Program-made: the position numbers and the translations under genes
The notes under the pieces: model-generated
What the model was told of the DNA's origin: nothing
The model's input: only the letters and a program-made list of their open reading frames with translations
The model's database searches: none
Assembly: GCA_021324685.1 (NCBI GenBank)
Contig: JAJPIQ010000044.1
Location: forward strand, 17,066 to 81,065
From: Bacteroidota bacterium
GTDB taxonomy: Bacteria; Bacteroidota; Ignavibacteria; Palsa-1295
DNA length: 64,000 nt
Reading direction: 5' to 3'
In this document: in pieces, positions 55,791 through 64,000 of the stretch
Position numbering within the stretch: position 1 is the stretch's first letter
Layout: each line of letters begins with the position of its first letter

Positions 55791-56516
55791 ATGGCAAAAA
55801 AAACATTCTCGCCGCCGGACGAGCCGGCGCCCGTTTTCGACGGTTTTTCGAAAGAGACCTTCGCATTCCTTCACGGGCTGAAAAAGAACAATAATAAAGG
55901 GTGGTTCGAAGCACATCGCGAGGATTATGAGCAACATCTTCGGCGCCCGTCACAGGCATTGGCTGCCGCTATGGGGCAGTATTTTCGCGAGCACAAGATT
56001 CCTGCGATTGGCAACCCCAAGACGTCCATTTTTCGCATCTATCGCGACATTCGTTTTAGCAAGGACAAATCGCCATACAAAACGCATATTGGGCTTTCGT
56101 TTCCTCTCGAGGGTACAAAGAAGGAAGAGTGGTGCGGATATTATCTCGGGCTCGAACCGGCAAAGACCGGACGCGGCCTCCAGGTATTCGCAGGAGGCGG
56201 AATTTATATGCCGATGCCGCCACACTTAAAGCGCATCCGAGCGGAAATTGCTCGTCATCATAAGGAACTGGATAAAATTCTTAAATCGCCGGCGTTCAAG
56301 AAATTATACCCCAAAGGGATGGATGGGGAATCGCTCAAGCGTATTCCGCAGGGCTATGATGAAGAGCACCCAGCTGCGGCTTACCTTAAAATGAAAAGTT
56401 TTCTCTTTAGCTGCGATATTTCGGATAAAGATCTGCTCAGGGAGGACCTTCCGATTACACTTGGAGAGAAATTCAAGGTCGCTTTACCGCTCGTTCTCTT
56501 TCTTGGACGTGCCTGA
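55791..56516 (+). CDS. DUF2461 (TIGR02453) family protein
   Basis: N-terminal 'FDGFSKETFAFLHGLKKNNNKGWFEAHREDYEQHL' and 'IFRIYRDIRFSKDKSPYKTHIG' match the TIGR02453 conserved core. Confidence 0.7.
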   Translation: MAKKTFSPPDEPAPVFDGFSKETFAFLHGLKKNNNKGWFEAHREDYEQHLRRPSQALAAAMGQYFREHKIPAIGNPKTSIFRIYRDIRFSKDKSPYKTHIGLSFPLEGTKKEEWCGYYLGLEPAKTGRGLQVFAGGGIYMPMPPHLKRIRAEIARHHKELDKILKSPAFKKLYPKGMDGESLKRIPQGYDEEHPAAAYLKMKSFLFSCDISDKDLLREDLPITLGEKFKVALPLVLFLGRA

Positions 56517-56655
56517 CCGGAGGAAATAGCTTATGTTAGCGTCGTTTCAGGGAACATAAGCTCCTTACAAAGTTTTACGGCACAGGCATTTTAGGAAGGC
56601 CGGGCGTCGCCGCGGCTGAATTCTAATTTTATAGAGCTTTTACCGATTTTCATAC

Positions 56656-58662
56656 GTGAAAAAGAATCGCGCCAAAATTGTAATCATTCTGCTCTTCATT
56701 GTCGGAGCAGTTTATGCGCTATACCCCACTTACCGTTCACAGGAGCTTAAAAGCCAGGAGGACAGCTTTGGGCATAGCTCGCAGGATTCCATTAAAAAAG
56801 TCGCATGGGAAAATGCCAATGGGCAGGACCTGAAAGATGCCAACGCCAAGGCGATCAAGCTCGGACTGGACCTCCGCGGTGGCATTTACGTCACCGAGGA
56901 AGTCGATGTCCTTAAATTTATCGATGAACAGGCCCTCCAGAAGGACGATATCTTCGAGCAAGTCATGGCCGCGACCGAAAAGGACGAAGCCACAAGCGAT
57001 AACCCGGTCGTTCCGATGTTCATTAAGCATTTCAATGATATCGCTCGGCCGAAAGGCAAGACGCTCGCCAACTATTTTTACTTTAGCGATGCCGGTGCCG
57101 GCAGCGATGACCAAATCCAGGCGGCACTCCAAAAAGGCGCGGATGAAGCCGTCGATCGTGCGATCGAAATTACTCGAAATCGAATCGACCAATTCGGACT
57201 TACAGAACCGACGATCCAAAAGGAAGGAACGCGTCGTATTATCATCGAGCTTCCGGGCGTCGGCGATCCGACACAGGTCCATCAGCTATTACAGGGGACC
57301 GCGCAGCTTGAATTCCGCCTGCTGAAGGACCCGCAGATCGTCCAGCGGGTAATCGATCGGATCGACCAGCATTTGCGCGGCGACACAACGCTCGCAAAGA
57401 TGGAAAACGCCGATACCGCAAAGGCCGATACTTCAAAGAAGATCGCCGCGGTCGATTCTACGAAAGTCGATACTTCCGCCAGGGCCGCTGCTGTCAAAAA
57501 AGATACCTCCAATAAGTCGACCGCCGTTCTCACTCCCGAAGATTCCGAACGGCGCGCCGATTCAATCGCGGAAATCGGGATGTCGAAAGAGCAAAAATTT
57601 GCTCACTTTACCAAGACTCACCCGTTCAGCGCGATCCTCGCAAAAGGGGCGACACAGCGTGGCGATATTTATGTCACCGAACAGGACCGTCAGCTTATCA
57701 AGAGCATTCTCGATCGCCCGGACGTTCGTCCGATCTATCAGGACGAGGTCGCGTTCATGTTCAGTCGGGCGATTCCGGAGCAAAACCAGAATATTTATCA
57801 GCTCTATTTTCTGAACAGCCAACCGGAACTCACCGGAAAAGTGATCACCGACGCTCGTTCGGATATCGATCCCCAGACCGGAAAGCCGGAAGTCACGATG
57901 CAAATGGATGACGATGGCACGCGTGTCTGGCGGCGTGTTACCAAAGCGAATATCGGCAAGCAGGTCGCGATCGTACTCGATAGCGTCATCTATTCTGCGC
58001 CGACCGTGAACAGCGAAATCCCGAATGGGAACTCACAGATCACAGGGACCGGCGACATGACCGAGGCGAACTTGTTGAAGATCGTCCTCAAGGCAGGAGC
58101 GCTGCCTGCCCCCGTAAGGATCATCCAGGAATCGGTCGTTGGACCCTCGCTCGGAGCCGATTCGATCGCGAAAGGAACTTCATCCATCATCTGGAGCCTC
58201 GTTGTCGTGCTGCTCTTTATGTTTATGTACTATGTGACCGGTGGAGCAGTGGCCGACTTTGCGGTTATCATCAATATGCTCTTTCTTGCCGCCGTGCTCG
58301 CGACGTTTGGTGCGACGCTCACGCTTCCCGGCATGGCCGGAGCTGTGCTGACGGTCGGTATTGCTGTCGATGCAAACGTGCTGATCTACGAGCGTATCCG
58401 TGAAGAATTATCGCTCGGTAAATCGCTGAAGCTCGCAATTGACGATGGTTACCGGCGAGCATTCCCACCGATCTTCGACGGTCACTTGACCGCATTCTTC
58501 TCGGGCGTGATCTTATATGCATTCGGAACCGGAACGGTGCAGGGTTTTGCAGTCACGCTGATGATCGGTGTGGCCGCATCGCTTTTTACCGCGATCGTGA
58601 TCACGCGCGTGATCTTCGACATTCTGCTCGAGCGCAGCCCGCAGATCATTAAGTTTGGATAA
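56656..58662 (+). CDS. secD: Protein translocase subunit SecD
   Basis: N-terminal TM, periplasmic P1 domain, C-terminal 6-TM region 'GIAVDANVLIYERIREEL'. Immediately followed by secF. Confidence 0.9.
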   Translation: MKKNRAKIVIILLFIVGAVYALYPTYRSQELKSQEDSFGHSSQDSIKKVAWENANGQDLKDANAKAIKLGLDLRGGIYVTEEVDVLKFIDEQALQKDDIFEQVMAATEKDEATSDNPVVPMFIKHFNDIARPKGKTLANYFYFSDAGAGSDDQIQAALQKGADEAVDRAIEITRNRIDQFGLTEPTIQKEGTRRIIIELPGVGDPTQVHQLLQGTAQLEFRLLKDPQIVQRVIDRIDQHLRGDTTLAKMENADTAKADTSKKIAAVDSTKVDTSARAAAVKKDTSNKSTAVLTPEDSERRADSIAEIGMSKEQKFAHFTKTHPFSAILAKGATQRGDIYVTEQDRQLIKSILDRPDVRPIYQDEVAFMFSRAIPEQNQNIYQLYFLNSQPELTGKVITDARSDIDPQTGKPEVTMQMDDDGTRVWRRVTKANIGKQVAIVLDSVIYSAPTVNSEIPNGNSQITGTGDMTEANLLKIVLKAGALPAPVRIIQESVVGPSLGADSIAKGTSSIIWSLVVVLLFMFMYYVTGGAVADFAVIINMLFLAAVLATFGATLTLPGMAGAVLTVGIAVDANVLIYERIREELSLGKSLKLAIDDGYRRAFPPIFDGHLTAFFSGVILYAFGTGTVQGFAVTLMIGVAASLFTAIVITRVIFDILLERSPQIIKFG

Positions 58663-58767
58663 GGTAACGGACGCATGGCAATGCGTCCAATCGCCGATGA
58701 TGCACAAAGAAATTTCGGTTCTTAATACAATTTTATAAAGTGGGCGCCATGCGCGTCCCTCGAGACT

Positions 58768-59757
58768 ATGCATTTTTTTCGTAAGACTTCAATAGATTTT
58801 ATCGGCAAGCGCCGGATGTGGTACTTCGTCTCGCTGTTTGTGACGATGGCGGGTATCGTATGGGCCCTTTTTCGTGGCGTCGAGTACGGTATTGACTTCG
58901 CCGGCGGCACGGAAGTACAGCTTCAGTTCCAAAAGAATGTTGGCATCGAGGACGTTCGCGGAGCGCTCGACAAAGCGGGGATCCGCGGAGCCGAAGTAAA
59001 GTACTACGGTGCAGACGAGTCCGGTGTGCTCATTCGTGTGCGCGAGGGTGCACAGGGAGCGCAAGCCGGGACGCAGGCAACGCAAAAGGTTATGACGGCC
59101 GTTGCACAAGGGTTTCCCAGCAACAAGGCCCAACTCCTGCAGGAACAGCACATTGGCCCAAAAATAGGCGCGGAATTAAGGGCGAAAGCCATCTGGGCTG
59201 TCCTATTTACGTGTATTGTCATCCTCGTTTATCTTGCCTTCCGGTTCCGCTTTGTCTATGGACTCGGTGCTGTCATTGCCATTATTCACGATGTGCTTGT
59301 TGCATTTGCATTTGCGGTGATTTGTAATGGGCTCGATCCGTCGCTCAATCTCGAAATGAATTCGACGCTGCTCGCCGCATTTCTTACCATCGTCGGATTT
59401 TCGGTCAACGATACCGTTATTATTTTCGACCGTATTCGTGAAGACCAACGGAAATACAAAGGGCAGACACTTAAAGAAATTATGAACCGTGCGATCAACG
59501 AAACGTTGCCTCGAACGGTCATTACTTCTGGAACCGTATTTCTCACACTTCTCGTGCTCTTTATTTGGGGCGGAGAAGTGCTCCGCGGATTTGCCTTCAC
59601 GATGCTCATTGGCGTCATCACAGGAACGTATTCTTCGATCTTCGTCGCTTCGGCCATCGCCTTCGATTGGCTGGAGCGCGATAAATCGAAAACGTCGCGT
59701 GTGACCGTTGGTCCGCGCAAGCAGGCACCAGCCAAGCGCGTTGCTGCGACGGTATAA
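58768..59757 (+). CDS. secF: Protein translocase subunit SecF
   Basis: 'IDFAGGTEVQLQF' P1 head, then 'GFSVNDTVIIFDRIRED'. Confidence 0.9.
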   Translation: MHFFRKTSIDFIGKRRMWYFVSLFVTMAGIVWALFRGVEYGIDFAGGTEVQLQFQKNVGIEDVRGALDKAGIRGAEVKYYGADESGVLIRVREGAQGAQAGTQATQKVMTAVAQGFPSNKAQLLQEQHIGPKIGAELRAKAIWAVLFTCIVILVYLAFRFRFVYGLGAVIAIIHDVLVAFAFAVICNGLDPSLNLEMNSTLLAAFLTIVGFSVNDTVIIFDRIREDQRKYKGQTLKEIMNRAINETLPRTVITSGTVFLTLLVLFIWGGEVLRGFAFTMLIGVITGTYSSIFVASAIAFDWLERDKSKTSRVTVGPRKQAPAKRVAATV

Positions 59758-59822
59758 GCGGTGGTGTCCATTCTTTCGGGAATGACACCTGGTGCCCGCC
59801 GCGTTTTTTAGAAAAACGGATT

Positions 59823-60131
59823 ATGACCTCCACCTTTCAGCCTACGGGCGCCGATCTTCAAATCTCGCTCTCGGGCGATCTTACGGGCGGTGCCGATGCG
59901 ATGAAATTCGCGGTAGAACTGCGTGACGAGCTCGCGAAAAGCCGGTTCGAACGTGTCGAGATCGACGCTTCGGACGTCGGATTTGTCAACAGTTCCGGCC
60001 TTGGAATGCTGCTTGCCGCCCGTCAGGCGGCACTCGAGCACGGTGCGGAATTCCGCTTAAATGCTCCCGGAAACCAACTTCAGCACTTGCTTGAGATTAC
60101 GAAGCTCACCGAAATTTTGGGAGCGGTGTAA
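59823..60131 (+). CDS. STAS-domain protein (anti-sigma factor antagonist, SpoIIAA-like)
   Basis: 102 aa. 'RVEIDASDVGFVNSSGLGMLLAA' with the conserved Ser in the 'DSSGLG' phospho-site context. Confidence 0.75.
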   Translation: MTSTFQPTGADLQISLSGDLTGGADAMKFAVELRDELAKSRFERVEIDASDVGFVNSSGLGMLLAARQAALEHGAEFRLNAPGNQLQHLLEITKLTEILGAV

Positions 60132-60285
60132 CTTTCCCATGTCCTCAGGTGTCGTCGTTTTCGGTGAAGCAAAAGAGCAACTTTTTCTTCATTTAAGGGT
60201 TATCACTGAACGCTAAAAAATGGGGTCTGGCAGGTTTCAGGCCGCCACACGCGAATAACCGGTTTTTCAACTCAATTTCGAACAC

Positions 60286-61611
60286 ATGAAACGTATTGGT
60301 ACGGCATTATTTTCTTTCATAATACTCTCGATTTTTGCCTTTCACTCCGAGGCGCAAACGCTTGCAAAACATTCGAACCCTGTAGCACCTTCGAAGACAA
60401 ACATTAGCGTCGCGGGTCCTTTTCAAGCGGGAGTTCCATCGGGACCAGAAAGCTATTCGTCCGAGAGTCCTCTGGCAACGAAAACGGATACCGTTTCTTA
60501 TTTTCAGGATACGACGGGTGGTAACTGGTGGGGATATGTTCCGATTCTCGATCAAGCGTCCGGAGATTCGCTCGGTTATTACGGCGTAAACACGGATGGA
60601 ACTCTTTATTTCCAGAACGAAGATACGATTGGCGGAACGGAATTTAAGTACATTAACTCTTCTGGCGTTACGATCGATACGACTCCGTTCGACACGATGT
60701 ATTATCGCATGATGGCGTTGCGCGTTTCCACCCCAACCGACCTGAAGGGCACGATCAAGCTGGTCGGTGCATCCCTGACCTTCCTTCCCATTTCCTTCCA
60801 TGCGGCGGACCATATTGAGGTTTGGGTCGTTCCGATGCAGGATGTACCATTCCTGGATGGCAATACCTATCCCATCCCGAATATTTTTGCCACGAACGCC
60901 TTGATAAAAACTTCGATCCCTTCCGATTCGATCGTTGCGGGACAAATCAATACGGTTTATATTCCTATCAACAAAACTCTGACTTCAGCCGTTAAGACCC
61001 AACTCGGAATTTGCCTTTTCGTCGATGGCCCATCATTCCAGACCGATACGGTGGCTTATATCATGGATCAGAATCTTCAATCGGCGGCAACGAATATTTC
61101 GATCGACACCGATGGTTCTCTTGGCGTAACAGGAGAATCGATGAGGACCTATAAGCTTAGCCTCGATGGCGGCCATATGATGATTGAAGGACAATCAAAT
61201 TATGTTGGCGGCGGCGGGGGATTTTTTGTCAACTTTGGCCAAATCGATCCGACCTCCGGACAGCAAACAGGTTCGGCATTCGATGGAAACCTCGTGTTAA
61301 ATGCGTATTATTCCGGGACCGCGGCCGCGGTAAACGAGAATGGTACGGTTCCAAACGAACTCGAAGGGAATTATCCCAACCCTGTAAGCACGACGTCCGA
61401 GATCCGTTACCATCTTGCTCAGAGTGGGCCGGTTTCGATCCAGGTCTTTAACCAGCTTGGCGAAGTTGTGGGAACCGTTGTCAATGGCATTCAGGGCGCC
61501 GGAGGACATACCGCCACCTTTAATGCAGGCATGCTTACGAACGGCATGTATTATTATAAACTGCAGTCTGGCGATTTCACTTCTACACGCACGATGGTTA
61601 TCAGCCGATAA
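60286..61611 (+). CDS. Secreted hypothetical protein with T9SS C-terminal sorting domain
   Basis: Signal peptide. C-terminal 'NYPNPVSTTSEIRYHL...GMYYYKLQSGDF' is a T9SS CTD. Confidence 0.7.
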   Translation: MKRIGTALFSFIILSIFAFHSEAQTLAKHSNPVAPSKTNISVAGPFQAGVPSGPESYSSESPLATKTDTVSYFQDTTGGNWWGYVPILDQASGDSLGYYGVNTDGTLYFQNEDTIGGTEFKYINSSGVTIDTTPFDTMYYRMMALRVSTPTDLKGTIKLVGASLTFLPISFHAADHIEVWVVPMQDVPFLDGNTYPIPNIFATNALIKTSIPSDSIVAGQINTVYIPINKTLTSAVKTQLGICLFVDGPSFQTDTVAYIMDQNLQSAATNISIDTDGSLGVTGESMRTYKLSLDGGHMMIEGQSNYVGGGGGFFVNFGQIDPTSGQQTGSAFDGNLVLNAYYSGTAAAVNENGTVPNELEGNYPNPVSTTSEIRYHLAQSGPVSIQVFNQLGEVVGTVVNGIQGAGGHTATFNAGMLTNGMYYYKLQSGDFTSTRTMVISR

Positions 61612-61637
61612 GAACTTTTTAGCAGAATCTGTGCTCG

Positions 61638-61667
61638 ATCCCCTCGAAACGAGGGGATTGTTTTTTT
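61638..61667. terminator. Bidirectional rho-independent terminator between convergent genes
   Basis: ATCCCCTCG-aaa-CGAGGGGAT followed by TGTTTTTTT. Runs of A precede it on the other strand. Confidence 0.65.
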
Positions 61668-62349
61668 AAAGCATTGCGGCTGCGAGCGTGAGAACACTGA
61701 TCGACTTCGGTCTTGCGTCGTGTAACGTTTCCGCTACACTCGAAAGCGTCGCTCCGGTTGTCATGACATCGTCCACCAGAAGAACATGTTTACCGGTAAC
61801 TCGGGCGGAATCTCGTGTGAGTGCAAAAGCGCCGCGCACATTTTCGATACGTTCGGTTATCGAAAGACTGGTTTGTGAAGGCGTAGGACGAATCCGCTTT
61901 ACTGCAGGCACGACGTTCGCAGCCACAGATCGCGCTACACCGTGTGCTAATGCTTCGGCCTGATTATAACCACGTTCGGCAAGCCGAGTCCGATGAAGCG
62001 GCACGGGAACGATCATTTCCGCAGGCTGTGGGACGAGCGTCGCGATGGAACGGCCAAAATATTTGGCAAGTCTCGGCATCCCCGAATATTTCATCGCATG
62101 AACGAGCGATTGCACGGGTGATTCTGCAAGGAATGTGTAGGCTGCCCGAGTGTGCCGAAGCGCTATACCAGAAGCGACTCGATAAAATTGATCTCGGACG
62201 TCGCGTTCCTCGGGTTCGTCGGCACTTTCCAAAATTCGGTAACACACCGGACAGAGATAGCGATGCACCCACTCCTTGCCGCCGGTTTCCGACCGCACCG
62301 TTGCTCGATCGCAATGCAGGCAGCGCTCCGGAAGGAATACGCCAAGCAT
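61666..62349 (-). CDS. comF: ComF family protein (phosphoribosyltransferase-domain protein)
   Basis: N-terminal Cys4 'CLHC...CPVC' zinc finger. C-terminal PRTase motif 'VLLVDDVMTTGATL'. Confidence 0.8.
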   Translation of the reverse strand: MLGVFLPERCLHCDRATVRSETGGKEWVHRYLCPVCYRILESADEPEERDVRDQFYRVASGIALRHTRAAYTFLAESPVQSLVHAMKYSGMPRLAKYFGRSIATLVPQPAEMIVPVPLHRTRLAERGYNQAEALAHGVARSVAANVVPAVKRIRPTPSQTSLSITERIENVRGAFALTRDSARVTGKHVLLVDDVMTTGATLSSVAETLHDARPKSISVLTLAAAML

Positions 62350-62350
62350 C

Positions 62351-64000
62351 TTACTCTCCGATCGGGACCGATTTGGTCGAGGCCAGGACCTTTTCGAGCG
62401 CCTGAACTTCGTCCCGGATATCGGCAGCTTTTTCGAAGTCCATCTCTTTTGCGGCCACTTTCATTTCGAGCTTCATTTGCTCGATCAGTTCCGAAAGCTG
62501 GGCCGGCGAAAGATGCTTGAGCACCGCCTTCGGCGTAAGGTGCTTTCGTTCTCGCTTTTCTTCCACTTCCCGTTTCTGGGCTTCGTGTTTTTTCGAAACA
62601 TCGGCGATCGAAGTCGATTGTAAAATCTCTTCGACCGATTTCTTGATCGTCCGTGGGACAATTCCATGTGCTTCGTTATAGGCGTGCTGAATTTCTCGGC
62701 GACGTTCCGTTTCGTCGATCACGGCCCGCATCGATTCCGTTATCCTGTCGGCATAGAAGAGAACGAGGCCTTCCGCGTTGCGCGCGGTGCGTCCGGCCGT
62801 CTGCATGAGCGATCGTTCGCTGCGTAAAAATCCTTCCTTATCGGCATCGAGAATGGCGATAAGCGAAACTTCCGGCAAATCGAGTCCTTCGCGTAAAAGG
62901 TTTACCCCAACGAGCACATCGAACTCTGCCGTCCGAAGATCGCGCAGAATCTCGACGCGCTCCAGAGCATCGATATCGCTGTGTAAATAACGAATACGCA
63001 CCCCGACGTTCGTATAATAATCGGTGAGATCTTCCGCCATGCGCTTCGTGAGTGTTGTAACCAGTACGCGCTCTCCGATGCTTGCTCGTTTGCGAATCTC
63101 CGCGAGTAGATCATCGATCTGGTTTTTCACAGGCCGTACTTCGATGCGCGGATCGAGAAGGCCCGTCGGTCGAATGATCTGTTCGACGATCACGCCTTTC
63201 GATTCTTCGAACTCGAATTGGGCCGGAGTTGCGCTAACATAGACCACCTGGTCGACCATGGACTGGAACTCGCCGAAATTAAGTGGGCGGTTATCGAGCG
63301 CGCTGGGCAGCCGAAAACCATGCGCTACGAGCGTTTCTTTTCGGGCCCGGTCGCCCGCATACATCCCGCGTATTTGAGGAATAGACTGGTGCGATTCGTC
63401 GATGATCGTAAGAAAATGTTCGGGAAAATAATCGAGGAGCGTGCTCGGTCGCTCACCGGCCTTGCGTGCTGCCAGGTGCCGCGAATAGTTCTCGACTCCG
63501 GAACAGTACCCGAGTTCTCTCAGCATTTCAAGATCGAACCGTGTCCGTTGTTCGAGCCGTTGGGCTTCGAGCAATTTACCCTGCTTGCGAAAGATCTGAA
63601 GTTGTTCTTCCAATTCCTGTTCGATCGCAAGGATCGCGCGTTCCAGTTCCGGTGCGCTTGTTACGAAATGCTTCGCTGGATAGATCGTGGCGCGGCTAAC
63701 AGAACCTAAAATTTTTCCATCGATACGGTTAATTTGCGAAATACGCTCGATCGTATCCCCAAAAAATTCGATGCGATACCCTTCTTCGTCCTCGTATGCC
63801 GGAATAACATCGACGACGTCTCCACGGACGCGAAACGTTCCGCGCTGGAATTCTATATCGTTCCGGGAGTAATGGATCTCCGAAAGTGCTCGTAAAAGGT
63901 CGTTCCGTTTGACTTCCTGACCGACGTTGACGCGCAGCATCTGCCGAGCATACTCGTCCGGGGAGCCGATGCCATAAATGCAGCTTACCGATGCGACGAT
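62351..64000 (-). CDS. uvrB: Excinuclease ABC subunit B (UvrB), 5'-partial (N-terminus lies beyond the window end)
   Basis: Frame stays open past 63940 to the window edge ('[24 protein letters not shown]...', the UvrB domain 1b region). Helicase motifs, beta-hairpin region, C-terminal UVR domain '[15 protein letters not shown]'. Confidence 0.9.
   Translation of the reverse strand: MVASVSCIYGIGSPDEYARQMLRVNVGQEVKRNDLLRALSEIHYSRNDIEFQRGTFRVRGDVVDVIPAYEDEEGYRIEFFGDTIERISQINRIDGKILGSVSRATIYPAKHFVTSAPELERAILAIEQELEEQLQIFRKQGKLLEAQRLEQRTRFDLEMLRELGYCSGVENYSRHLAARKAGERPSTLLDYFPEHFLTIIDESHQSIPQIRGMYAGDRARKETLVAHGFRLPSALDNRPLNFGEFQSMVDQVVYVSATPAQFEFEESKGVIVEQIIRPTGLLDPRIEVRPVKNQIDDLLAEIRKRASIGERVLVTTLTKRMAEDLTDYYTNVGVRIRYLHSDIDALERVEILRDLRTAEFDVLVGVNLLREGLDLPEVSLIAILDADKEGFLRSERSLMQTAGRTARNAEGLVLFYADRITESMRAVIDETERRREIQHAYNEAHGIVPRTIKKSVEEILQSTSIADVSKKHEAQKREVEEKRERKHLTPKAVLKHLSPAQLSELIEQMKLEMKVAAKEMDFEKAADIRDEVQALEKVLASTKSVPIGE

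Overview
Contiguous chromosomal segment, about 56% GC, densely coding with roughly 50 CDS. It most likely comes from a bacterium with a type IX secretion system (Bacteroidota/FCB group, possibly Ignavibacteria- or Kapabacteria-like). Four proteins end in the T9SS C-terminal sorting domain, and there is a BACON-domain lipoprotein and an ECF sigma factor.

No rRNA, tRNA, CRISPR array or transposase was seen. Housekeeping genes recognised from sequence:
- tRNA modification and preQ0 synthesis: miaB, queD
- cell wall and DNA repair: murA, uvrB (3'-partial), comF
- translation: rpsP, rimM
- protein export: secD, secF
- central metabolism: acs, a PLP aminotransferase, a 2-oxoacid dehydrogenase E2 with two lipoyl domains
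- phosphate uptake: pstB-phoU with a divergent PhoB/PhoR-like two-component pair

Features that look unusual:
1. A tandem pair of M1 metallopeptidase paralogs of about 1050 aa whose C-terminal 400 aa resemble an Omp85/BamA-type beta-barrel. This may be a new autotransporter-like surface-peptidase architecture.
2. A two-component pair inserted between rpsP and rimM: a histidine kinase with a cNMP-binding sensor domain, and a response regulator fused to a glutaredoxin-like fold and a thioredoxin-reductase-like domain in which every redox cysteine is replaced (CPYC to SPKS, CATC to AANV).
3. A MurA with Asp at the fosfomycin-target cysteine position.
4. An Atl-like MGMT domain lacking the acceptor cysteine.
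5. A standalone LigD polymerase domain next to a TMEM175-like K+ channel.
6. A 375-bp gene-free spacer with pseudoknot-capable helices and repeats, possibly an sRNA.
7. A secreted metzincin-like protease translationally coupled to a small Cys-containing secreted protein, a candidate cognate inhibitor.

All calls rest on reading the translated ORFs and the nucleotide sequence by eye. No database search was possible.
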